A stretch of DNA of 64,000 nt from Podarcis liolepis (lineage: Eukaryota), in NCBI GenBank assembly GCA_965112155.1, contig OZ218102.1; one strand, written 5' to 3'. Each line of letters opens with the position of its first letter. The first letter of the stretch is position 1. A program made the position numbers and the translations under genes. Below, piece by piece: positions 23,171-36,660 of this stretch. The notes under the pieces are model-generated. The model saw only the letters and a list, made by a program, of their open reading frames with translations. It had not been told where the DNA came from and did no database searches.

Positions 23171-26044
23171 TCTTAGAAGGAACCAGTCCTTGGGGTGGGG
23201 TTGCCACTTCCACCTCTCTTTAAAAAAAAAAAAGATGGCAGCGCTAATGTGCAATTAAGGGCTCCGTTATTATGAAAAAATAATAAGCCCAATATGTAGT
23301 GGTGGGAGAGCTTCACCAGTTGAATTCTGCCTGTTGCATCCTCTAAGAACGCAGGAGCTTGCCAGGACACGCGGTGGCAGGTTCTAAGACCAGCTAGAAA
23401 GGCTGGTGGTAGGGGATACAAGGGACACGCTGACTAAAGGAAGTTCCTCACTGAAGAGGCCCAATAGCCAGACAGCAGGCAGCTGTCAGAGGGCCAGTAG
23501 CTAAGCTAAGAGAACACTTGTCCTGGATAGATTTCAGATGTTGGATCAGAGGTATCACAGCATGGTGATGTATTTTGCGCCTGCAGTGCACTCTAGATGG
23601 ATTGCAGCCTGTCCTGGTCCAATACCCATCCACTTGACTAATGAGGACCTTTATAGAGACTGCAGCATGTTTACAGCAAGGGATGGTGGACTGTACTGGC
23701 CCAGGGTTGCCACAAAAGAAAATGCATCACAGTGGTCCAGGAATAAGTTGCAGGGCATATCCCTGCAAGTTGGAAATGAGATTTATGCAAGTAACAGCTT
23801 CTTGGCTAGATTGCCATATAGCCCATCTCACTCTTGGCTTCTTGGTTGTTCCTTTCGGTAATTCTCATGTTTTTCTTAAAACAAAAAATGCTAGGAAAAT
23901 TTTGGCTTTTTTAAAAAAAGAGGGCATCTTTCTGTGAAGCCTGGAAATGCAGATAACGCATCTTCTTCACTTTCCTCGACCCACACCATTAATCTTAATT
24001 AATGAGTACTGCTCATATTCTGGTCTCTGCTGTACTGCTAAAACGCCAGCCAAATTGATTCCAGCCTTAACCCAGTCTACGATACCAATGTGGAGAAACT
24101 GAACTGTTCCATGGTGGCCAACAGGTGGCGTGGGGGAGCCATACCTCTATAGAGTTTAATACCCCCCACCCTTCAGTACTTCCATGGCTGCTGTTGCTCC
24201 TTTGCCTCGCCTCCCCGATGTCAAATAATTTCCTTAATTACAATACCTGTATTCAGCATTGGCAGAGCTGGCTCAGGATGACATGGGCTGCTCCAGTCAA
24301 TATGTCCTTCTCTGTTCTTGCTCATGTTCTTTGCAAGAGGAATTTGGAGTTTGAACATCTCCCCACAGAGCTGGGGCAGAGGAAGTAAACAGTTCATTCA
24401 TTTTATTAAAGATTTGTGAAACACCCCCAAGCCACACCCATCTGGAGGAGCTAACATTCCACGTAATTATTGAGCACTATCGTGTGCGAAGCAAAAGGAA
24501 GCGGACGAGACTAATTAGAGTTTCCCCTTTACCCCTTTCCTGAGGTGCTTTATTTCCCAAAGAGCATAAGAAAGCTACCTACAGACCTTTGGAGACCTGG
24601 AGCTGATGGCGTGTTCTCATTGTGCCCTGTGATGGATGTGGAGATTCATTTCCCTGAAGCAAATGCCACCTGAAATTCTTCCAAGTGAGTATGGGCAGCC
24701 TGTGCTCATTAGGGAAATGGGCTGCTTGAAATATCTTTGGTCAGGGATAAGGGGTTTTCTTTTGGGGGGGGGTGCCCTCTGGCCTTGCACTCGACAGTCC
24801 AGAGGGGCACAGAGTGATAGCCCCAGCCTTGGGACTTGTGGGCTGCTGTCCATAAGCAATTCAGAAAGTGCTTTTCTCAATACCAAGCAGGAACCACAAG
24901 TGTGAGCTGGCAGAGAAAGCTGATTGACAGGGCTGATCTGCAGGGAAAGGATGCAGATTTTGGGGGGCCATTCACGAACAGCTAACTGTTGATTATTTCA
25001 TTTATTATTAGAGTTTTGCTAACCTGGTTGAGGAGAGGGCTGCCACATTGATGTGCTCGAGCAAGCAGTAAACTTTATGGGACCATCTTCCTGTTCTGTT
25101 TTCTCCAAGAGACTGGGTAGAAAAGCGGCCTGGCAGCAATTTTGCTCAGCCTTTTTGCAGAGAGTGCCAGGTCCTCGGGTCTCAGTTATGTTTTTCAGGG
25201 TACTCCAGATAGCCTGTGCCTAATAGGAGTGGGGTCTCTGCAAGTTACAGGAGCCCTCAGTGACACCACAATGCAAGACTGTGTAACACAAATACAGAAC
25301 GGCAAAAAGAAGGTATCGGGAACATGTGTGAATGTGCAAGAGTTGCATTAAGCCTGCTGTAGCAAGGAAGGGAGGTGCCAGAGTATGTGCATATCACAGC
25401 TCCTCGAGAAATGCCTGGATCTCAAATTATCAGCATCCTCCCCCGCTTTTTAAAAAGTAAGCTTTCTGTGAAGGGTGCTGCCTTCCCTGTGCAGAGAGAG
25501 AAGGCAAACACGGGGGGCGGGGAGGGGGAGAGGGAAAGAGAAACTGACTAGGGAAAACTTGAGAAATGTCATTGTTAATTTCATCTGATAGATGGAGTGT
25601 CACACAGAGAGCAGGTGACACCAGATTGACAGCAGTCTGTCTGGAGGGCGCACACATGGGAGACTGAGGTGAGTGCCATTTATCAAATGAACAGATCAAT
25701 TGGGATTATAGTATTTATTTCCTGTGATTAATATTTGAACTCCAATTCATCTTGCTTGAGAGTTCCAGTCTCCAATGATTCACTTTAAAGAAAAAGAAAA
25801 AGCCCACACTGGAATTTCCCAAGCAATTGCAGATAGAAGAAGCAAAGGTACCAAATTGCTTCACCCCAAAAGGGGTTCATAATGGCAGAATTCAGTAACC
25901 AGTTTTGCTAGTGGAAGCCCATAGAAGGACTTCTACTAGTGTAGTGGGGCTACCTACTCCCCAAAATAGGCTCAGGGAGGTCAGGAGAACCTCCAGACTT
26001 GCACATGGGGACGAGAAGCTTGCTCCGACAGAACAATTGCCATA

Positions 26045-26256
26045 GCAATAGTGTGGTGGTGTGGTTAAGAGTGTTGGACCTGCAAGGTTAGGGTTCACAT
26101 CCCCACTGAGCCATGAAGCTTTCTGGGTGACCTTGGGCCAGTCACTGCCTCTCAGCCTTACCTGCCTCTCAGGGTTGTTGTGAGGATGAAACCAAAAGAA
26201 TGTACGCACGCCTGAGCTCCTTAGATGAAAGGAGGGATATAAACATAACGAATAAC
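26045..26256 (+). mobile_element. Squam3/MIR-like CORE SINE
   Basis: tRNA-like head (gtgtggttaagagtgttggac...ggttcacatcccc), CORE-like ggtgaccttgggccagtcact...ctcagcct...cagggttgttgtgaggat, and an L2-like tail. Confidence 0.75.
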
Positions 26257-26373
26257 AGCTCTACATTGAATTTCTCCCAATGGCTCCTAGGGACAAAAAG
26301 AGAGGCCATTCCCTTTGTGAACTTGGAGTAATGAGAGTCACAATATGAAAAACCAAGCTTAGTTCAGATTTTA

Positions 26374-26661
26374 GGTAAAGGTAAAGGGACCCCTGACCAT
26401 TAGGTCCAGTCGTGGCCGACTCTGGGGTTGTGGCGCTCATCTCGCTTTCATGGCCGAGGGAGCTGGCATACAGCTTCCGGGTCACGTGGCCAGCAATGAC
26501 TAAGGCGCTTCTGGCGAACCAGAGCAGCTCACGGAAATGCCGTTTACCTTCCCACCAGAGCAGTACCTATTTATCTACTTGCACTTTGACGTGCTTTCGA
26601 ACTTCTGATCGGCAACTCCTAGGCTCTGTGGTTTAACCCACAGCACCACCCTCTTCCCAAT
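26374..26661 (-). mobile_element. Sauria SINE (Squam1) with a ~70-bp internal deletion
   Basis: (ACCTTT)n tail on the minus strand. 12-bp TSD GTTCAGATTTTA at 26362-26373 and 26662-26673. Aligns to the 28938-29310 copy. Confidence 0.92.
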
Positions 26662-28937
26662 GTTCAGATTTTACTTCGTGCCAATTAAAATAGCCCCCAT
26701 CCCTCCTCCCATGGCTTGGGGGCAAGCGACAAAGCAAAGCTCATTGACACAGAATAACACTTTCTCAAAACCAGCTGATTTCCCTATCCTTCCCTGACTT
26801 AACCCCAAGCCCCAAAGGGCAGCCCACGTAAGATGGTCTTACAAGGGCCCAGAGTCTGGAGGAAGGGCAAACTATTGCTGCTGCTTCTAGGTCCTTTATG
26901 CTCCTAGAGGTGTCTCTCCCCATGAGAGTTTTACTGGCCTTGGCAAGTGCTCTCTGTCCTACTCCTCCCCATTCCCTTTCCCTGGAACTTTCTTGCATAT
27001 AGAGTCTCCGGAGAAAACACTATCTTGGCACCTTTCTCACCATGTTCAAGGCAAAGGAGAAATATGCCTAGTATTCTCACACCCCTAGGACCAATCAAAA
27101 GAAGACCACTGGCTATTCCACATTTTCTTGTTCAAAAAGCCTGGGTGGCATAGGCTACCTTGACTCCAGGTTGTCCTCTGATGAGCAGCAACACCTCCTC
27201 CAGCCCCCTACATTGCGGAGCAGGTGGTACCCACACACAGACCCAGGAGCCAGGAAGGAGATCACCTCTTGCTCCTGTGGCTCCCAGCGCCCTTCTCCTG
27301 CTTTCCTTCCCCCTCTTCTTGAGCTCTTGCCTTGATAGAAAATCTCTTTCTAATCATTTCTCCTGCTTGCATGCGGCCCTCCCTCCCTCTCCTCCACCCC
27401 CATTCACTCCGATGGTGAGTGGGAGGGTTATTAATTTGAGGTTTTCCTTGCTTGTGCTCTAAATACCGAATACAGCGTTCAGCATTCCCACAGCAAATGA
27501 GACACACATTTCGCTTAGGAGGCAGTGGGAGAAAATGATGCAGCTCCTTCCACAAATTAATTGCTGAAGAGAAAGAAAGAGAGAGAGAAATGGGGAGGCA
27601 ATCTGACTCTGATTCAACTTGTTTGCAAAGTTGAAGCAAGAGGGGGACAAGAAAAAGCTCTTGCCTGTGCCCACAGGGGGAATCAGGGATGTGGTAGGAG
27701 TGGGTCAGTTTGAACCAAGGACTTCAGCGGAGTTATTTGGAAGGCACCACAAGACCAGAGGGCGAGGGCATAAATGTCAGAATAGAGTGGTCGTCACTGA
27801 CATGGTGAGAACTCCGAAGGTATTGTAAGAAGATATATATAGGCTCAGAGGGTGTCCATAATAGTTCCGCAACAGGGCTGCACACTAGGGACAAAGCAGC
27901 TGCCCTTCTCTTGGAGAACCTTGCAGCCAAGAAGAAGGGAAACTGATCAATAAGCCATTGAGCTAATCCCACTGGCACAAGAAAGGGAACACTCACAGTA
28001 AGACAGATTCCTTTGCCCTGAAGTACGAGGGCAAATCAAGAGAGGCTGTGGTTCCTGTCCCCTTGGTGCAAGTTGCCGTGTGCAAAAAGGGCAAAAGCTA
28101 GGCTTGCCATATATCAAAAACTAAAAACCAGGATATCCTGAATGTTGTTGAGCTGGTTTATTTTTAAATAAAACCACTGAACTTGTTAGGATTTTTTTTA
28201 CACAAACCTCAAGGTTGTTTAGCCTTTTTTTTTCTTTTACAAAAACGCCCTCCCCCCCCCCAATTTTTTTTTTCAATTGACTTGCCTAAGATCCAGGACA
28301 AAGTGCTGCCTTTGGGAAATCCCCACCCCACCCCCAATGTCAATTCTGCCTTTGAAATCCCAGTAATGTCCAGGGAAACCCAGACGTATTGGAGCTCGAC
28401 AAAAGCTTCCATTTTATTTGGAAGGCAGAAGGCTGCCTTTTCTCTTCTAGGGATGCTGCTAGCCCTGCCAGTTTCCCCCTGCAGCAAAGAGCACATGCTG
28501 AGCCCACACCTTTAGGAGATCTGTCAGAGGCAGTAAAGATTCATTAGGATCATAGAGCCCAAACCAAATCCAATTTGGTTTATTTAAAAAATGTATGGAG
28601 TTGGTAAGGATGAAGGAATCAATACTGGTTTGAAATAATATAAAAACAAAATTCTAACCTGTGGCTAAATGCACTTTCAATATATATTTCACTTTTTACT
28701 TTAAAGGCTTGCATTTTAGCAGTGTTCCATGGTTCAAGGGTACAATAGCTTTCTAAACAAGCATTTTGGTTTCCCTACGAATGTCCAGGTCCTCAAACCC
28801 TCTGCACTTCAACAGGGAGAAAGCCGCACTCGCAGAGCTCAGGCGATGCTGGATTTCTGCATCAATGTCAGCCCTTGTAGAAAGATACCTGCCCAGGCAG
28901 ATTCAAGTGATTCAAGGGCAAGGATATACTGTAACTA

Positions 28938-29310
28938 AAGGTAAAGGTAAAGGTAAAGGGACCCCTGACCATCAGGTCCAGTCGTGGCTGACTCTGGGGT
29001 TGCGGTGCTCATCTCGCTTTATTGGCCGAGGGAGCCGGCGTTTGTCCACAGACAGCTTCCAGGTCATGTGGCCAGCATGACTAAGCCACTTCTGGCGAAC
29101 CAGAGCAGCGCACGGAAATGCTGTTTACCTTCCCGCTGGAGTGGTACCTATTTATCTACTTGCACTTTGACGTGCTTTCGAACTGCTAGGTTGGCAGGAG
29201 CAGGGACCGAGCAACGGGAGCTCACCCCGTCGCAGGGATTCGAACCGCCGATCTTCTGATCAGCAAGTCCTAGGCTCTGTGGTTTAACCCACAGCGCCAC
29301 CCACGTCCCT
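28938..29310 (-). mobile_element. Full-length Sauria SINE (Squam1)
   Basis: Minus-strand 5' end GGGACGTGGGTGGCGCTGTGGGTTAAACC, B box GGTTCGAATCCC, (ACCTTT)n tail. 13-bp TSD TATACTGTAACTA at 28925-28937 and 29311-29323. Confidence 0.95.
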
Positions 29311-29770
29311 TATACTGTAACTATACCTCACCAAATTCCCAAACTCTAGCTGTTTTTCTCTTTTTATATAGTACAGTACAGTACTCCTATCTCCAGAATG
29401 ACATTCTCTCTCTATCCCACCACAATATTTTTTTAAAAAATGCCAAAATGTACACTTTATCTAGCCTGGCTTTTTAGCTGTTACAAAGAGGAACAATTTC
29501 CTTTGATAGTCTATCAAATAGCCGATGGTATTTCTCTTGAAAGGTGTCAAACAAAGAGGAAATCTCTGCCAGAGTCCAATCCACAGCCCATCTTTCAGCT
29601 AATGTGAATAGAAAAGTGTGGTGAGGGGGCCAACTACCAATTACCAGCACACCAAGATCTCTAATGTGCAGATGGTACAGTGGGGTACATAGTGCAAAGA
29701 GAAATCCTGTTTTCTACTCAGTCCATAGAGAGTTCCAAATATATATATATATATGTGTGCCAGTTACTTT

Positions 29771-29845
29771 TAAGAACATAAGGAGAGCCTGCTGGATCAG
29801 ACCAGGGGCCCCTCTAGTTCAGCATCCTGCTCTGGTCATGGCCAA
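29771..29845 (-). mobile_element. CR1 3' tip
   Basis: taagaacataaggagagcctgctggatcagacc... is the reverse complement of the CR1 tail. Confidence 0.7.
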
Positions 29846-30730
29846 AAATGTTGAAATTTATCTTCCCTCCCTCTTTTGATTTGTTCATGAGTTGTAAGAT
29901 CGAAGTGGTTTCCCACTTTTCTGCAGAGCTTTTTTTAAAAGAGTGAACTACATTGCTTTACTTAGTTTGAATTTCTAATATGCTGCCGTGGCCCCTTAGG
30001 GGTTACAGTGCTGGAAGTTAAGCTCCTGCCTGTCTAATATTAGACTTGTAGGTGCATTTTACTTTTGTGTATTGTGCAGCTTGTTTCATTTTCTCTTATG
30101 CTTCCCACCTTCTCTTTAATAAACTTGGAACTCGTTCTAGTTAGACACAGAGCATTACATAATGAAGGCAGATTCACAGGCATTGAAGACAGCTTCCAGA
30201 TTTTAAACCTTTGTGACACCTGGCTGAAATTAAACTCTGCCTATATTCAGGGGACTGGTGCTGAGTCCTGGCACTGAACTAAAAACCACAGGTTCTTGTT
30301 CCCAGTGAGAGCTTTCCTGTCATTGCAGATAGCAGGTGTGGAATCATTCCATTCAGATTGGGTCCAGGGTGGGGGCAAAAGCCTGAAGCCTCCCTCCTCC
30401 ACAGCAGCTATTTTTATTTTTTTAAAAGCCCATGGCAAAATAATGTCACATCAAGTTTGGCTCTCAGCCTTAATCCCCCACTGCAATATGAGGATAAAAC
30501 CACTCACTTTTGGGATTTTTTCTTCTTCTAAAAGGTCTACATATATGTGAAACGCTTTGCAGACAGTGAAATGTTCTGCCAATGCTACTGTTGTTATTAT
30601 TGACCCAAGTTGTTTCAATACAATCATAGAATTTCATCCTCTCCAATAGTTCAACCTATCAATGCAACCCACACTGGTCACAGAGGACAGAACTGTGCCT
30701 TATAAACAACCTGTGTTGATCCCGGAGTCC

Positions 30731-31080
30731 ATAAGAACATGAGTAGCCTTGTTGGATCAACCCAAAAGTTTATTTAGTCCAGTGTGCTGTTTTCACACAG
30801 CAGTCAACCAGATGTCCACAAGCAGGACACAAGAGCAATAGCCCACTCTGTCTCCCTGTTGCCTCTCTTCCTGGAAGTATTAGACAACCATTGTGACTCT
30901 CAGCATTGATAGCCTTGCCCACCATGAATTTATCTAATCCCATGTTAAAGCTATACAAATTGGTGGCTGTAACCAGAGTCTTGTAGTCCTCTTGTCTGTC
31001 TTGAATGGTCTACCATTAGGTGACTCTGGGGCTCTAGTATTATGAAAGAGGGAGGAAAAACTGCTCTCTAGCCACTTGCT
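30731..31080 (-). mobile_element. CR1 3' fragment
   Basis: Minus-strand remnant FNMGLDKFMVGKAIN plus the CR1 3' UTR and ataagaac tail. Confidence 0.7.
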
Positions 31081-34000
31081 GGATGGGATATTATAGTCCC
31101 ATTCTGTTCAGCCCTCAAAAGCTGGGGGAAATCTTGGGATTGAGCAGCTGGCTGTTGGCCTGGGGCTCTGTGGGAGGGGTCGATTTATGAACTGTGATGG
31201 GAAGAGTTGACTGCCATCTTCTGTTGTCTTCCATCCTTTGGTTGGTTGGTTTTTGTTTGTTTGTAAGCAGAGTGTAAAACCTGAGCCCAGGAAAAAGGAA
31301 TGGAGTGTGTATACTGCAGTCAGCTAGGTGGTCACAGCCAGAGTCAAATAAGGGCAAATTAAAAACAAATGTAAGAAACAATGAATAACATAAGTGGTTC
31401 CAGATGGATATCGCCTCCCAGGGTCTGCCAACAGGACACATGATGTCAGGTTAAACAATCAGTGCCAAAAACTCTTCTGGCCAAGGTTATTTTTCTCAAT
31501 TGCTGTCAAATAAGAGTTAATCAAAGCTTTTTGGGTAATTGCTCCCTGGCTCAGGGAGATGCCAGGCAAGCTCTACATAGGTAACTATAGGTATACCTCA
31601 TAGAACTTCCCAGAAAGCAGCTCTGTGAGCAGGAGGAGGGCAAAAAGTGTTCTGGCACCCTATAGACTAGAACCATATTGATTTAATGGGGCATGAGGCG
31701 TACAGGCAAGTCTGCAGCAGATATGAGATGGGCAGTATACATGTGAGATGAGAACAGTAAATTATAGAGTGCAGAAGTAAAACAAAAACAGCACAATTTG
31801 ATTACTAGATACAACACTCAACTTTCTGTGGCATGAGCAACTCTCATGGATGCAGCCTCTTCATCTCCTAAGGTGCCAGCATGGCTTTGGGGAAGAATCA
31901 TGGGTGCTAAGGTGGAAACAGGAGCTCAGTGCTTCTCAAGAGCTGCTTCTCAGATGTTCTCTCTGAACCAGTTGTGGGACCTCAGGAATCAGACTTTGTG
32001 CTCTTCGGTGAATCAAGGATGTAGTTAAAACCAGAGTTGAGTGCCTCTTGAAAGGAAATACCTTAGAGAGAGACTGTCTGGGAGCTCCTTCTCAGAGGCT
32101 ACAAACATCTGCAAAAGCCACCACAGATCAAGCACCTGACATCATCTAAAAACTTAATACTTTTCAATAGAGTAGGTTCATATATTTAGAACTGGAATCC
32201 TGTGACAGTGACAGGCTGCACCATTTCATACTGCGGGTGTGGGGGGTGGGTGGGTGCAATTTCAGGTCTCCCCTAGGCAAAATCCCACACTCCTCCATAT
32301 AAACAGTAAAGACATATAGACAAACACATACAGACATATAACATGGAAGGAATAAAGCTTTTGGTGCAGCCTGCTTCATACTTTGCTATTTGCAGGGATT
32401 TATTTCTTTTGAACATCAAAGTGGTTTCCTTCCTCAGCCCTAGTTGGAAGTGGTAAAATCCATTATGTAACCTCAGAACTCAAGCAGCTCACTCTGCTGC
32501 ATGCATAGACAAGACTTGTCAGTTGCATGTCATCAAGTGATGTTCATGCATGTGTGAACTGCCCCCCCCCCAGTGGGAATAATTCATTCTTCCTGGCACC
32601 AAAAAAAAAAGCACATACCCATTTGGGTACACCTTCCATTTGGTTTGTTGGAGATGGTAGTTTTTACTTGTTCTGGTTGTTAATTGCTCTGTGCGCAAAA
32701 CCAACTCTTTCTCTCTGCATTTCTTTCAGTTTGTTACAAGATCAGTAGAAGGGAGTGTACCATGCATACATTTGAATTTAAGAAATAAAGACCATTTTTT
32801 AAGATGACAGAATCATTCCTGTTTAGTGACTTCTTTGCAGGACGTAAAGCTGCTTTGAGTCATACCTGCATTGTCTGAAATAGCTTTCACCTCAATGCTA
32901 AACCTCCAGTGGCTACTTGATTTACTCTGGCCTGGAGCATTTCACAAAGGCTTAGACACAAAAAGAATGGACTCCAACAGCCTTGGTGTATTAGCAAACA
33001 TAGCCAAAATAGATACAGCATGCAGTTATATACATCTTCCATCACTTGTTGCTGTTGTTTGGCTGCATTAAAACAAAAGCAGCTGTGAAAGAGTGCTTAT
33101 TCAAATGCTGGTACAGATCAGATAACAAATCCATCACATACACCTCAATAATAGACCAGCATATCTTGCAAGAGCATTATGTTCAAAGCTTGCAGCTGGA
33201 AGGCTGAATCAACCTGAGCTCGAAAGCAATTGGGTTGCTTGTTGTGCACTTAGAAGGCCTTTACAATCACCTGGACATAAAAGCAGGCTATGGGGGATGG
33301 CAGCAGGAGATACAGTCTCGCTGCAGTGTTTGAGGCTAGTGGGAAACTTATGAGACCATATTCATAGTAACCCTTCAGGACCAAAACGCTGGGACTTTGT
33401 AAATCAAGAGGGTAAATGAAGAACATTAATATCAAGTCCTTTCAGTCCTGCTAGGAGGAAAGCATGGTGTGTATCTGTGTTAGAAAGAGAGCACAATGCC
33501 CTCACCATTGCATCACAGCACCTCACCTCCCAGCTACAATGGCAGGCTGGTCTTAGTGATCTATCTCAGGGATGCAATTTAACAGCTCATTAAGTAAAGA
33601 CAGAGCATTGATCACCATTATTAAGCACACCTTTAGCTAATTGCAGATTTCCATTCTTATGGCTTAACTATGTGGGAAAAGTCAAGCACAGGATATTAAA
33701 TCACCATGATCTAAATCCTGGACAGTTGATGTTCCATTTTGATTTTACCATAATTAATTTTTCCTCTTTTTGAAGTGGGGAATAGTGTTGTGTTTTATAT
33801 TGTAAACAGCCCTGTGATCCTCGGATAAAGGGCAGTATAGATATTTAATAAACAACAATAATATCTGGTTTGATTTTAACCTAAAGCCTTGCTACCTATG
33901 AGCAAGATTGGCATCCCATTCTGCAGGGAAGGCCACAGCCACCTCCGCAATTCAGGAAGCATTTCAAGAAGGGAGGTTCATTTCCTGTCCTCTGCTTCTA

Positions 34001-36617
34001 TATTACTTGGTATAATAATCTTTAAGGCTGGATAGGTGAGTTTTAAAAACTCTGCTAAGTATGAATGGCAGTGTATAGATTACTTGTCAGTTTCATGGAC
34101 AGGAACTCCATGTTTGCTGGCAAATATTGCAGCCTATCGGGGATTTAAAATGTGGCAAGATGGTGATAGCAAATGTTTTGAGTTTCCAAATCAGCAAGGG
34201 AGCTGGGTAGTATAGGGCTGTTCTTGTGTAACTTTGGCATGTTGGAGATCTGGGATTAGGATTACAGTATGTGTTAAGGAGAAGGAGAAAACTAAATAAG
34301 CACCCTCATGTGGCTACTCTGGACAGGGTTTTAGTCCTTTCCCTTATGTAAATCCCTCCCCCCCCCCCCCCATTGTTATTATCTCCATGAGTAGTGAGGC
34401 ATTGGGGCGGGGGAAGGAAAAGGTGCAGATGGTGTTCCTGACTTTAAAAAATAGTTTGGGGCAGGGTGTGGGGGAAATTACATCAGGAGATGGATGTTTG
34501 GAGCAAAAGGTTAAACAATCCAGAGTGTGTGGGGACCCAGACACACTCAATTTTCAAAGCAGCTAATAAAAATGTTACCCAGACCTTGGGAGATCCTAAA
34601 CATGGACCAGATAGGAATGTCAAGTGTAAAAGGCAAAACCTTCCATTTCAGATTATCATTATTTCTAGAGGCGTTTGCACCGCGTCTCCACTCACTTTTG
34701 AAAGGGAAAGAGGGAAATGGAGACTGTGTGTTTCATCCTCACAAACATGCTCTTCCCTCCACTAGCAGCAGGTGTATGGAAGTATCTAGGGACAGTTCTT
34801 CTTGGAGGCGGGAGTGGGGGGCGGGCGGGGAGAGAAAGCCAGTCTGGGAATGCTGGCATTGAAGAGGACAGTGCTCACCAGCCTCAGCTGGTGCTTGTCA
34901 CCAGAGCGTTTGCTCCCCGGAGCGCAGCTTAAACCTAACAGCTTGGAGGTCCCAAGCCCCTTCCAGCACAGCAAGAGCCTCAAAGCCAATGCGCTTGTAA
35001 GCTGATGCAGCAGAAATTAAATGAGCAAATGTGGCTGGGGCCTTCCCCAGCCTGCAGTTCATTACACACTCACAGCCCTGAGGCCCAGCGTGAGGGAAGC
35101 GTGAGTGGAGGGGGCCATGCCGAAGTCAGACAGCTTGGCTAATTAACCACTAATTACCTAGGAGAGTAAGGAGGCTCTGCGCAACAGAAGAGAGTGAGGG
35201 GGGAAATGTCTGAGGAGACGGGGAGCCATTGCACTTTCCCAGCAGGGGCTGCTGGAAGACCAGGGATGAGAGGTTAAGCAAAAGGCAAAGGGTGGTGAAG
35301 TGACGGCACCTAGGGGGGTGCAGTTCATGGGGCAGCGGAAGAGCTGTGGCCAGAGGAAGCGCTCCTTTGCTCAGCTTCCAAGGCCCTGATTTCTTCCCAG
35401 ATCTGTGCCCAGCTCATTTAATCTAGTCAATTGGATTCACTTCCCATCCGCTTAATTCAATTAGTCCGAGAGGGGCAAAGGAGAAGGAGCCTGAACCAGG
35501 CTGCACTTCATCAGCAACTAGGTAGATCAGAAAGGAAGGGAAGCGTTTAAGGGAAATGAATCAAAGGCCTGAGGTGGCACAACTCTGCCCAGAATGATTA
35601 GCAAGGTAGGGTGGGAAATGCATTTGTCTTTGTCTCTGGAATGGCCTGGGCCTGAATTATTCTCCAAGACTGAGAGGCCAGTGTAAACCATTTGAGACAG
35701 GGCACATTTTTATCAACAAAACAGAGCGCCTGAATTAATTCTCTAGTCTAAAGCAATGATTTCCCCAATGTTGCATATGCATGCTCTGCAAAAAGGGGTG
35801 TGTGTGCAAAAGAATCCCCACAACACCACTGTGTACATTTACTAGGGAGTAAGTCCCACTGAACTGAGCGGGGCCAACGTGTGTAAATATGCATAGATGT
35901 GGAATGCATATCAACAGAAGCAACAGGAATCATCTTCTGTATGGAGACAAGTCAAATGAGCCCCTCCCCCCAAAATGCTGTGCCGCTTCCCAGCCCCACA
36001 AAAGGTGTATCAATGCAGCTTGCTAACCAGAAGTGTGAAAAATGCTTTGCTGGAAGCTAATAGTTCAACAAGAGCCAAAGGCTGGGGCTGCAGGGAGAGG
36101 GAACATGGCTTTACATTGTTTCCATGTTGTGCAGTGCAATCTTGCACACCCCCTTTGAGGAACTGGCCACCTGTGAATCAGGGACACAGAGAGTTCTGAG
36201 CTAAGGCTGGCAGCCTTATTTTATGCCAACACGGTGAAATGTGTTATGCCACATGGCAGCTTGCAGCTAGACAACAGGGTGCTTCAAGGCAGGAAATGTG
36301 AATACAAAACTGCAAAAGTGCCAGGCTGACCCCAGATGGATTCCCATGCTTGAGGCCCATCATCCATCATGATCCTTATGCACCAAGTGCTGCTTCATGT
36401 GTGGGTGTGTTTTCCTGCAGACAAGGTAGGGCAGCAAGTCACTGTGTTGAAGGGTATCATGTTATCCATGCTTTCACGCCATATGGTTCAGCTGTACCAC
36501 TTGGCCGACCTCAAGTGCTACAGCTGACTCCAAAACCAGCAAATATGACAGAGGCAAAGCAAGCACGCCATAAACAAAAACAGATAAGGTCTAAGAGTGG
36601 CTGGTGAAACCCAGCCA

Positions 36618-36660
36618 GATGGTGGTGGTGGTGATGATGATGATGATGATGATGATGATG
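36618..36660. repeat. (GGT)n(GAT)n trinucleotide microsatellite
   Basis: Directly visible. Explains the poly-His pseudo-ORF on the minus strand. Confidence 0.9.

Noticed and set aside
22085-23258. Long ORFs (332 aa, 181 aa, 145 aa and others) over the CpG island
   Set aside because: Arg/Pro/Ala/Gly-rich low-complexity translations expected from GC-rich, stop-poor DNA. Mostly non-ATG starts and no domain resemblance.
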